Shown here: piece by piece, positions 1 through 9,760 of the stretch | How positions within the stretch are numbered: position 1 is the first letter of the stretch | How the letters are laid out: the number at the start of each line of letters is the position of its first letter | From: Paraspadella gotoi | Lineage: Eukaryota; Animalia; Chaetognatha | Assembly: GCA_051294375.1 (NCBI GenBank) | Contig: CM119271.1 | Location: 1,358,721 to 1,422,720, forward strand | Direction of reading: 5' to 3' | Length of the DNA: 64,000 nucleotides | The notes under the pieces: generated by a model | Seen by the model: the letters and a program-made list of their open reading frames with translations, nothing else | What the model was told of the DNA's origin: nothing | Database searches by the model: none | Program-made: the position numbers and the translations under genes

Positions 1-166
1 GAAATTATGTTTTTGATGATTTCATTTTTTTCAATCGCGAATACTATAGTCTGTAGTATTAAGATTAAACTTTTTCCCTAATTTTGTCTCGGAGGGGAAA
101 ACTAGAGGAAAAATATGACTCGAAGATGAAAATTCGTGGGTCGTCGAAATTTTGTTTTGAAATAAA

Positions 167-3100
167 ATGGAAGAAGAGGAATTCGTCGCGGAAACGCAGA
201 CTTTAGACGAACTGGACGATCCTCTTCCGTCGACGCAAATCCTCCACGACCCGGAAGATCCTCTTTGGCAGACGCAGTCATTACTCGACACGGCGCCCGA
301 ACCCTGGGCGATTCTTACCTTCGCCGATCTCCGAGCAGCCGCCCGGCCTTATCCGCTCTTTCAGGGCGTTAACGCTGTGGGGCGTGACACTGGCGCCGGC
401 GTCCAAATCTCCACGGGGGTTTTGTCGAGGCGTCACGCCGTCGTGGAGCTCCACGAACAGGTCTACCTCGTCTATGATGTTGGAAGTCGGAACGGAACGA
501 AGCGGAACGGGGTGAGACTCGAGCCGGAAGTGCGATACGAACTGAGAGACGGCGACCGAGTCTCTTTCGGCGGTCTGGTCGGGGTCTTTCGCCCCTCGCG
601 GACGATTCCTCACGATGACGGCGACCAGGACGAAATCTTCGGAGAGATAGAGAGCGACGCAGAATCTACGGCGGAGGCGAGAGTCTTCGACGACGACGAC
701 GACGACGACGAAGATGGAGACGAGGAGTTTCTGAAATCGACGCAGGATTATGGCGGGACAGGGAGGACAGATCGTGAGGCGGTGACGACCGGTTCTGAGA
801 TTATCTCGAGTAGTGAGAAATCAAAGGACGATTTATCCTATAACAGCGACCTGGATGCATCATCTCGCAACACCGCGAATATAAAGATAGAAACGGCTGC
901 CGACGCCTCGAAAATGTTCGAGGACGATGACGAGGAATTTTTAATCCCTACGCAGCTTTATCCTCGCCCAGCTCGGGAGACTGTGGCTGAGACGGCGAAA
1001 GTTCATAGTCATCCATCTCCATCCTCGAATACAGAGAAATCTGTTTTGGAAGATGATGATCTAGAAGAATTAGAGATGGAGACTCAAGCTTATCCCCTAT
1101 GGACAAGTCCCTCTGTGGGTCGGTCCGTTGAAACTGCTGAGAGTCCCTCCGATAAGAATGAAAGATTTGCGGCTGGAAAAGATGAGGGTGAAGAGGATCA
1201 ATCTTTATTAGCTACTCAGGATTATTACTCGAAATCAGCCTTCCGAATTGGCAGATCAGATAAAGAAAATGTTCAACATAACTTTAACTTGGATACTCAA
1301 GCATACACTTCATTATCCCAAGCTCCTAAGAATAATAAAAAAGTCGAGAATAGTCTCGAATTTGATGAAGACGAAAGAATTTTGGAAACTCAAGCTTATT
1401 CAAATACCAGTTTTTCAGGCAATGTTCCCGATAATGACTTACCCGACGAGACGCAATCCTATCTTTCATTTTCCGAACTTGAACCACCTTCGAGTCGACA
1501 GGTAAGAAAACATTTGGATGAAAGTGTAAAGTTGGAGGAGGTCGACCAAAGCTTCTTAGCCACTCAAGCTTATTTTTCTCCTAAAACAACGTCTCACCAC
1601 GAAAACTTAACTGGCGTTAATCATGGGGAATTTGCAATTGCGACTCAAGCTTATCCGTTATCAGATCATCATGTTTCGATCGGACGAGAAACTTTTTTTG
1701 AAAATAAAAACTTGACCGAAACTTTAATGGTGAAAGACGAAAGATTAATGCCGACACAAGATTATTCTTCGCCTGCTGAAAAGAGTTTTCCCAAAAAAGT
1801 TGTTGGTCGCGAGGATTCGGCAGCCCAGACCCAATCATTGTGTAAAAGAAATAACGTAAATTCCTCTATTGAACTCGAGGGAGAAGATAATACTTTGTTA
1901 GAAACCCAAGCTTATTTTGCAGCTCCAATAATAGAAGATCCGGACGACTTGGCGCAACCGTCCTTTGAAAAATCACACTTGAATCAAGACGATAGTTTAG
2001 TTAAAGATAATGATCAAAGTTTTTTGATCGCAACTCAGGCCTATTTCTCTTCTTCCAAAATTACTGAAAGCTCTGTGGATAAAAATGGCAACAACAATTC
2101 GAGTTATTTAATCTTACCGGAATCGACTAAAGGTGAGTATGAATCAATGTTAGAGACACAGGCTTATCCCTCAAAAACTCCATCAGGTTTCAACTGTAAT
2201 CAAATCGAAGACGACGATCAATTTCTCGCAGCAACTCAAGATTATTCATCATCCTCTGCGAAATTAATCGACGCCGACAAAACGATCTCTTTCGCCTCGC
2301 CCCGTCGGAACGAACCGCGGCATATTTTGGACGATGATATCTTGATGGCGACTCAAGATAATTCTAATTATTCATTGACCAAGAAAAATGACGATTGTGA
2401 CCCGAGGAGAAAATGTCTTCCAGATCTACCCATTCCTTCCGACGATGATGAAGATTTGCCAGAAACACAAGATTACTATAGCCTTTCAGTCCAGAATCGT
2501 AACGACGTTTCTAACCGAGATAATTTAAAAACTCAAAAGTTTTTAGCAGAAAATGAAAATTGGGACAACGATGGCAACGATGAAATTCTTCAACCGAGAC
2601 AGGATTATTCTGAGAAGTGCTGCGATCCTTATTCGAATCCCATCGACGATCAATTAGAGGAGGATGATACGCAGATTTTTAACACAGTTATTCCCGAAAC
2701 TCCTGAAAAAGAAAAAAGCTTAGTTAGTGATATTAATAGCAGAAAAGGAAGTAAGATGTTACCATCGGTTTTGAAACATACTCTAAGAAAAAGTCTGGCA
2801 AAGCGAAAAAGCGTTTCTTTTGACGGAAATAGTGGAAATACGAGCGATCGACTTGAACCTTTTGAAATTGAATACAAAGACTCGGACGAAACCCAGGTGT
2901 TCCCCATTGATTTTAATCGTTCGTTTGTTCCCCTGAGACTTTCAGAGCCGACCTTAATGGAAACCCAGAAATATCCGGATGAAACTCGTGGCAAAAACTC
3001 TTCACCATTTGTAGTTCCCAGCATTCCTAAACCATCTCGTAAAACTGGAAGAAAACGAACATTCAACCCCGCTTCATCTCACGGGGAAGTTAAAAAGTTG

Positions 3101-4066
3101 AAATCTAATATCCAAGATTTGGAAACGCAATTGATCAATGATTCGTTATCATCAAGTGATGTAATCACTGATACTAAGAAACAAAATGAGAGAGATGATG
3201 TGCCAACGCAACAGTTTGAGTCGATTGCCAAATTGATCGTCTCGAACAATGGGGACAAGAATGAACCATCTGCAATAAGTGGAGAGGCTTCGTTGACATC
3301 AGAAAATAGTCAATTAACTAGCAGCGTTATCCTCCCGAATTCTGGGGAAACTTTCAAGGCGCCCGAGACCGCGTGTCGAAGATCCAAACGTCATGGGAAT
3401 ACAACTCCGGCACTGATCAACAAAAATCCGTCCGAAAACGTGCGAAACTTGCGAAAATCCATTTGCACGAACGGAATGAAAATCGTATTCACTGGCGCCG
3501 TCGATCCAAACGCTCAAAAAATAGTGAAAGAGCTTGACGGATTCGTGATCAGTTCCGACGATCCAAAAGACGCCGCTTCCCAGGCCGATCTCGCAATCAT
3601 GGACAAAGAAAATGTTAGGAGAACCTTAAAGTATCTCTGCATGGTCGGCCTTGGGAAACCAGTCGTCGATTTTCAATGGATTTTCGATTCTAAATTATCC
3701 AATAAATTTGTGGATTATCGAAAGTATTTCATCAGCGTTGAAGTGAAGCGCATGCACGAGAGCGGAGGTCGCGTGTTCAAAGGTCTCCGTGTTCACGTGA
3801 CACCCTCGGTCGTGCCTTCCCCGACCCAAATGAGAGACATTATCGTTTGCGGCGGCGGAGAATATTTAAACGTGATGCCAAAGGGTGATAACAACAGTTG
3901 TATCATCGTTTCGTGCTCTCAAGATCTCTATCTCATTCCAGAAACGATTTCATTACCTGTCGTCGATAAAGAATTTATTTTAACCGGCGTTATTTCCGGC
4001 AATTTGAATACTTCAAATTATAAATTAAACTTCTCGAAAGTTCGAAAGAAAAAAATAAGTTCATAA
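167..4066 (+). CDS. MDC1: MDC1-like DNA-damage mediator (FHA, TQxY/F repeat region, tandem BRCT), single exon
   Basis: 1299-aa ORF. N-terminal FHA motifs (VGR...LSRRHA...DVGSRNGT). Acidic middle with many TQ-x-Y/F motifs. C-terminal BRCT pair (IVFTG...RRTLKYL...W; VTPSVVPSPTQMRDIIVCGGG). Confidence 0.85.
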   Translation: MEEEEFVAETQTLDELDDPLPSTQILHDPEDPLWQTQSLLDTAPEPWAILTFADLRAAARPYPLFQGVNAVGRDTGAGVQISTGVLSRRHAVVELHEQVYLVYDVGSRNGTKRNGVRLEPEVRYELRDGDRVSFGGLVGVFRPSRTIPHDDGDQDEIFGEIESDAESTAEARVFDDDDDDDEDGDEEFLKSTQDYGGTGRTDREAVTTGSEIISSSEKSKDDLSYNSDLDASSRNTANIKIETAADASKMFEDDDEEFLIPTQLYPRPARETVAETAKVHSHPSPSSNTEKSVLEDDDLEELEMETQAYPLWTSPSVGRSVETAESPSDKNERFAAGKDEGEEDQSLLATQDYYSKSAFRIGRSDKENVQHNFNLDTQAYTSLSQAPKNNKKVENSLEFDEDERILETQAYSNTSFSGNVPDNDLPDETQSYLSFSELEPPSSRQVRKHLDESVKLEEVDQSFLATQAYFSPKTTSHHENLTGVNHGEFAIATQAYPLSDHHVSIGRETFFENKNLTETLMVKDERLMPTQDYSSPAEKSFPKKVVGREDSAAQTQSLCKRNNVNSSIELEGEDNTLLETQAYFAAPIIEDPDDLAQPSFEKSHLNQDDSLVKDNDQSFLIATQAYFSSSKITESSVDKNGNNNSSYLILPESTKGEYESMLETQAYPSKTPSGFNCNQIEDDDQFLAATQDYSSSSAKLIDADKTISFASPRRNEPRHILDDDILMATQDNSNYSLTKKNDDCDPRRKCLPDLPIPSDDDEDLPETQDYYSLSVQNRNDVSNRDNLKTQKFLAENENWDNDGNDEILQPRQDYSEKCCDPYSNPIDDQLEEDDTQIFNTVIPETPEKEKSLVSDINSRKGSKMLPSVLKHTLRKSLAKRKSVSFDGNSGNTSDRLEPFEIEYKDSDETQVFPIDFNRSFVPLRLSEPTLMETQKYPDETRGKNSSPFVVPSIPKPSRKTGRKRTFNPASSHGEVKKLKSNIQDLETQLINDSLSSSDVITDTKKQNERDDVPTQQFESIAKLIVSNNGDKNEPSAISGEASLTSENSQLTSSVILPNSGETFKAPETACRRSKRHGNTTPALINKNPSENVRNLRKSICTNGMKIVFTGAVDPNAQKIVKELDGFVISSDDPKDAASQADLAIMDKENVRRTLKYLCMVGLGKPVVDFQWIFDSKLSNKFVDYRKYFISVEVKRMHESGGRVFKGLRVHVTPSVVPSPTQMRDIIVCGGGEYLNVMPKGDNNSCIIVSCSQDLYLIPETISLPVVDKEFILTGVISGNLNTSNYKLNFSKVRKKKISS

Positions 4067-4087
4067 TTATTTTCTTATGAATTTATG

Positions 4088-4110
4088 GTTTTTGTTCTCT
4101 CTTTTTTAAG
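4088..4110 (+). promoter_or_regulatory. Candidate trans-splice acceptor between MDC1 and TMEM69
   Basis: Polypyrimidine tract TTTTTGTTCTCTCTTTTTTAAG ends 15 nt before the TMEM69 ATG, in a 59-nt gap after the MDC1 stop. Confidence 0.5.
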
Positions 4111-4125
4111 TTCGATTTTAAAAAA

Positions 4126-4785
4126 ATGTCACTCTTTAAAAATGTGATAATCGCGGGATTTCCTCGCGGTTTTCACAACTCGTTATTATCGGGAAAGATT
4201 TTGGGCACCTGCTCCTTTTGTTTCGAGAGACTCGACAAGAACTATTCGACCACGAATCGACTCAGAGATGCGAAAGCCAAAGTCCCGGCCAAAACCGGAT
4301 TCGTCAAGAAATACTTGAGTCTGGCGTTGAAAACGACTTCCGCTCCATTCGCTCCTCTCCTCTTTGGAGTCAGCGGGCTCATTCCGTTTTATTATCCGCC
4401 CGTGATGATGATATATCAAGCCTCTTTCTCCGACGATCTGATGTTCATGCATCTTGCCTACGCCGCGACCATCCTCTCCTTCCTCGGCGGCGTCAGATGG
4501 GGTTATTGCCTTTCCCCCTCCAGCGAAACCAACCCCAATTTGCTGAATTTGGGATATTCGGTCTCGCCGCAACTCATCGGCTGGGGTTCCCTGCTCCTGC
4601 CCAACGTTCCCGGTTCCGCGTTATTGTTGATTGTTAGTTTAACCGCGTGCGCCGTTTTCGATGCCAAGATGCCTGGGTATCCGTCCTGGTTTTTGGGTTT
4701 GAGAATATTTTTAACTACCGGCGCCGTGTTTTCTTTGATTATAAGTCTCGCGTGTATGCTGGTTTTTAAGTACTTATCGAAGTAG
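4126..4785 (+). CDS. TMEM69: TMEM69 / DUF3429 membrane protein, single exon
   Basis: Family motif LAYAATILSFLGGVRWG, several hydrophobic helices, and a C-terminal YPSWFLGLRIFLT. Basic, transit-peptide-like N-terminus. Confidence 0.85.
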   Translation: MSLFKNVIIAGFPRGFHNSLLSGKILGTCSFCFERLDKNYSTTNRLRDAKAKVPAKTGFVKKYLSLALKTTSAPFAPLLFGVSGLIPFYYPPVMMIYQASFSDDLMFMHLAYAATILSFLGGVRWGYCLSPSSETNPNLLNLGYSVSPQLIGWGSLLLPNVPGSALLLIVSLTACAVFDAKMPGYPSWFLGLRIFLTTGAVFSLIISLACMLVFKYLSK

Positions 4786-4875
4786 TCATTTATTTATTAT
4801 TTTTTATTCAACTAGGACTAAGCTCTGACGAACAAAGCCCGAGGTTTTTTTAATATATTCTTTGTGTTTTTTTTT

Positions 4876-6302
4876 ATATTCTTATACCGGCCAAGGTAGA
4901 ATGATGGCAATATTGTTAATATTAAGTTTCAAAAAAATCCAACCATAAATATAGAAAATATTAACCAAAATCTTTGGAAAATCCACCCCTTCTTTGGAAG
5001 ATTTTCGCCATAGATAGGGATTAGCAGTATTCGACGAAATTTTTATTTTTCTATCGGCCGAAAAATAATAGGGAATTTCATTCCAAAAAACAAGGCTTTT
5101 TGAAATATTTACTGTATGGAAAATACTAAAAAGAAAAATTTTATTTTTTAAATATAGGTACTGTAAGGGTAAGTCTAACTAAAAACCGAAAAAGAATCTT
5201 TCAAATAAGAAAAATATTGGAATAGTACAGAAAGCAATATTTATTTTTATTGTTGCGCAAAAACTAGGCTTTCCTCGCAAAACCTCTGGTTACAGGAGAT
5301 GCAAATGGGTTTTCTCTCAACATATTGATCATTATTGATTCCCAAAAATGATGCGCAAAAATGCGCCAGCAGCAGTTCTGGCGATAGTCATTTTATATCA
5401 TCTTTCCTATTGTATATTAAGGCCTATGAATCATCAATATGTATGAAACTGATATAATATATTTATTATGATCTTAAGATTTATCATGCCTTTTTTCTGC
5501 CTACAACAATTCCTCCTTTGCTAAATATACATGATACCTATAATTATTATAATGGGTAATATCTTTATTCATAGTCTTTTTTTTAACTAAGTTCAAATAT
5601 AAACCTCAAGGACCATTGTTGATCCACAATTTCTGATACTTTTAATAAAATTGGTCCACTGACTTTTACGTGGTATATCTTAGTTTCTTTTTATCTATGA
5701 TTTGAGTTTTATTTTTGGTATTCGTTTTTTCTTTGATTTTAAAGAATCAAAACCGAAAAGTAATCGACTTAGAATCGGAGATTGTATAAAAATAAAAGAG
5801 AAAAGAAAAGGGAGGAAAGGGAAAGAGATGAGGGGATAAAGTGGCGCAGTTTTACGTCAATTTACGCCATTCTACGCCAAAGCATCTTAACTTAATAGCT
5901 TTATTTGGAAAATGAAAAAAAAGTTTTTACGCCACAAAATTAAATGATATTAATATGGTTTTCTGTTCATTTTATGCCATTCTACGCCAAACTTTGTATA
6001 AATAAGGCTGGAAAAATATTTAAATCAACCTGAGTAGTTTTTACGAGAAAATAAACAAAAAGTCTTTACGCCACAGAATTAGATAATATTTATATCGTTT
6101 TTTGTTCATTTCACGCCATTTTACGCCACAATTCTTTTCCAAATTTAAATATAAACATTTAATATATTCTTATACCGGCCAAGGTAGAATGATGGCAATA
6201 TTGTTAATATTAAGTTTCAAAAAAATCCGACCATAAATATAGAAAATATTAACAAAAATCTTCGGAAAATTCACCCCTTCTTTGGAAGATTTTCGCCATA
6301 GA
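4876..6302. repeat. 139-bp near-identical direct repeat pair (4876-5014 and 6164-6302), with TTTACGCCA-motif tandem units at about 5850-6130
   Basis: ATATTCTTATACCGGCCAAGGTAGAATG...GAAGATTTTCGCCATAGA occurs twice with few substitutions. Confidence 0.8.
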
Positions 6303-6905
6303 AGATTTTCCAGAATCTGACTCCCGGTTGAAAACTCTTAGAATTCCGATCGTTAGCTCCTCTTTTACTTTTACTTTAAATAAAAATTTCACCAAAATGG
6401 ACTAATTCACTTTACCATGATCGCATCATATCAAAATACCAAATAAAATGTAAAGAAAAATTTTGAGAGCCCTTCAGACACTTTGCCAAAGGATTCCAAA
6501 ATTGGACCTCATTTGTTGAACAGGAACATACCTCAGTCACGTTTATATTGTTTTCAAGGAAAAAAATTCCTTTCATTTCTATATAAAATCAGAGATGGAA
6601 AATTTTTCCGTCCAGAAGCAGTCTATTTGTTCTGGCTTGTTTGATATCAAGATGTTGATGATTTGAAAAGAGAAAAAAATGCGAGCCCTTCAGATGCAAC
6701 AGGATCGGAATCAAGTGTTTTTACATCGATATTTTACCAGAATTTTTACCAGGAGCGTTTATATTGTTTGGTAGTCAGATTTGAACGAAAATCTCCATTG
6801 AAAAAGTCTTCCTCGATCTCTAAGAACGACGTATACTCCTAATTCAACCAATTTTAAATGTATTTTGTTATACAGATCGTGCTAAATCCAGCATGACTAA
6901 ACCTG

Positions 6906-8416
6906 ATGAACATGGCAAAACTTATCAAGCCATGTTTACTAAATTCGATCGTCTTATTAATTTTATTTCGTCTGTCTTCCGAGGAAATACATCGAGCAAA
7001 CAGTCAACAACAACAACAACAACAGTGTTCAAGTTTTAATCATTCCTCATCTTCTTCTAGTGAGTTATTACCAAATACTAATAATTACATTAAGTATATT
7101 AATTTTCCACCATAGTTGACCACCTTTTTTCGTTCCGCAAATTCCCCACCCTCAGGTCCAGTTTTCTACGCCGTCCTCGCAACGTGCGTAGTGGGCAGCG
7201 CCGGCATCGTCCCTCTCATCTTCATTCCGTTCGACACTGGCGCGGAATTGCGCAAAAAGAACAGCCTCTCGGCCAAGCGGCTCGAGAAGTTTCTTTCCTT
7301 CGCCGTCGGCGCGCTATTGGGGGACGTCTTCCTGCATTTACTCCCCGAAGCATACGCAAGTATGAACTTGAGGCTGACTAATTGAACGTGACAACTATAA
7401 CGACAACAGCGACGACGACGACGAGCGAATTATGCGGATTGAAAACTCACCACTCAACCGTTCAATGGGTTAACTTATTTTATTTGTCAAACTTTATTTT
7501 TGGGTAGGCCTATTAACGACTCGGGAAATGGAAACTTGAAAATAGTAATTAAACTTCCTGTATAAGATATTCCATTAATAATTGGAAGCTTCTCTCATCC
7601 CTCCCCTTTTTTTAATCAGATGTTAATCCAGTTTCGATTGAAGAAAGCGTTCACGTCGGGTTGTGGGTCCTCGTCGGTCTCGTCTCCTTCATGACCATCG
7701 AAATGCTGATGAACGGAGACGACAGTGGGGACGACGACGACGACGACGACGACCGCGAAACGAAAGGATCGTCGATCGTCGATCGTCCCCAACTCGTCGC
7801 CTCGAACCAAAAAACGAAAGAAAAGCTCAACGAGTCGAAATCGGCTCCATCGGAATCATCTCGTCCTCAGAGTTCCATCGCCGTCAGCGGATACTTGAAC
7901 CTTTTCGCCAACGTGATCGACAACTTTACGCACGGATTGGCCGTCGGCGGCTCTTATCGATCCTCCTTGAGGTTGGGCCATTTGACCACCCTCGCCATCC
8001 TCCTCCACGAAGTGCCTCACGAAATCTCCGACTTCGCCATCCTCCTCCGCGCCGGGTTCGATCGGTGGGGCGCCGCCAAGGCGCAGATCCTCACCGCCTC
8101 GGGCTCGCTCCTCGGGGCGTTCGTCGGATTGAACGGTGAGAGAGGGGAAGGGCGGGTTTGCGCGGATTTGATGGAATGGATGGAGGGATGAATTTATTTG
8201 ATTGCGTCTGTTGAAATTGGTTAAGGTGGCGCTTTTATCGGGACTACCTCGTGGATTCTTCCATTCACCTCCGGAGGCTTTTTATACATATCGCTCGTCT
8301 CCGTTGTTCCGGATTTGATCAATCAAAATGAAACTCTGTCCTCGGCTGTGCAGCAAATCTTTTTTATTTTGCTGGGCGTTTTGTCCATGAGCATAGTCAA
8401 CGTGTTTCATACTTAG
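6906..8416 (+). CDS. SLC39A13: LIV-1 family zinc transporter ZIP13; 4 exons approx. 6906-7059, 7156-7359, 7620-8136, 8226-8416
   Basis: Motifs FAVGALLGDVFLHLLPEA, GYLNLFANVIDNFTHGLAVG, LHEVPHEISDFAILLRAGF and WILPFTSGGFLYISL. GT-AG boundaries keep frame. TAG at 8414-8416. Confidence 0.88.
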
Positions 8417-9760
8417 TCATACATATTATAATATTAGTATTAAAATCGGGATTTCCGGTTCATCGTTTGAGAAGCGTCCTCTCGTCCCTCCGAAAAAAAT
8501 GCAGTCTCCTAATTTTAGTTAAGATTTTAAATTGAACCATGACTCCTTATTAATATGATCTTAGAAATCATAAGGAAATAAGATCATTATGTTTGGTTGA
8601 TGGGTTTTGTTGTATTTTCACTTGATAATTACGATGATAAATCAGTAAATTCCATTGTTTTATTAAGATTCTATCATGTCTAATTTTCAATTTTAGAAAT
8701 TTTCTGCGAGCAAATCTTTTATAAAGAAAACGTGCAAATTTTTGTTTCGATGTCCCTTTAAAAACCTTTTTACTTAAATTTGCTTAGCATTCGGAAAATG
8801 TTAACGGTGCTAAACATTTATCAATTATATGTGAACTGCTTAAAAAAGTCATATGGTGACAATTTTTGTTTTTTTAAATTTTATAAATTACACTTTTTTC
8901 CCAATGTGGCAAAAGCCATTTCAAATTTCATTAATCAATAATATCATCCCAATAAAATACGTCCACTTCATTTAGTGCAATATCATTTATTCATTTGGTA
9001 CAAAACAGGTTCTGGTTGCACGTGCATTACTCTTTAGACTCATAAGTTGCAATTTTTTTTGTTCGGCTGAAGGTAAAAATATATACTTGTTTTAAGTTTC
9101 TATAGAGAATTTTATACTCATCTAACTGTGATAAATAAACATTAACCACTTTGTTTTATTGCTTATCTGGTACTGGCAGTAGGCTTTCGAGATCTGATAA
9201 GACAATCAAATTCAAACTTCTGCTCCTTTATTTGAAACTTGAGATGTTTGCTGTGATTTTTTGCGAGGATGTTAATTTGTTAAATTGCCAATCTATCCTT
9301 GTCATTTTTGTACATTGATAATTTATACAAAATCTGTTTCTTTTGCAGTGTTTTATAGACATAAACTGAATGATTTGGACTGATTACAGCCTATCTTCTT
9401 TTTTGGTTAAGAGGTAAAGCATTTCTTCGCCAATGAACTTTCATATAACCTTGAGAAGAAGTTTTTTTTTTTCAACAATTTGTTGAAAATGGAACGGAGT
9501 TTTTTTTATTATTTATTAGAAGTTAGACTCTAACATAGAGATATTTTTTCTACTACCAGTTGATGAAATTTTTAGCTCCTCTCCCGAATTTCTCTTTCTC
9601 TCTCGGTCTCTTTACTTTTGTGGTTCCATAGGCGTTCGACTTAGATATTTTGTAACAAATCTGCATTTATTATGCTTGAATAAAAAAGTTTGTCCATCCC
9701 GCATTCTTATTTCTTTATCATTCAGATTATTGTATTACTTTATTTTCGCTAATTGAGAGC

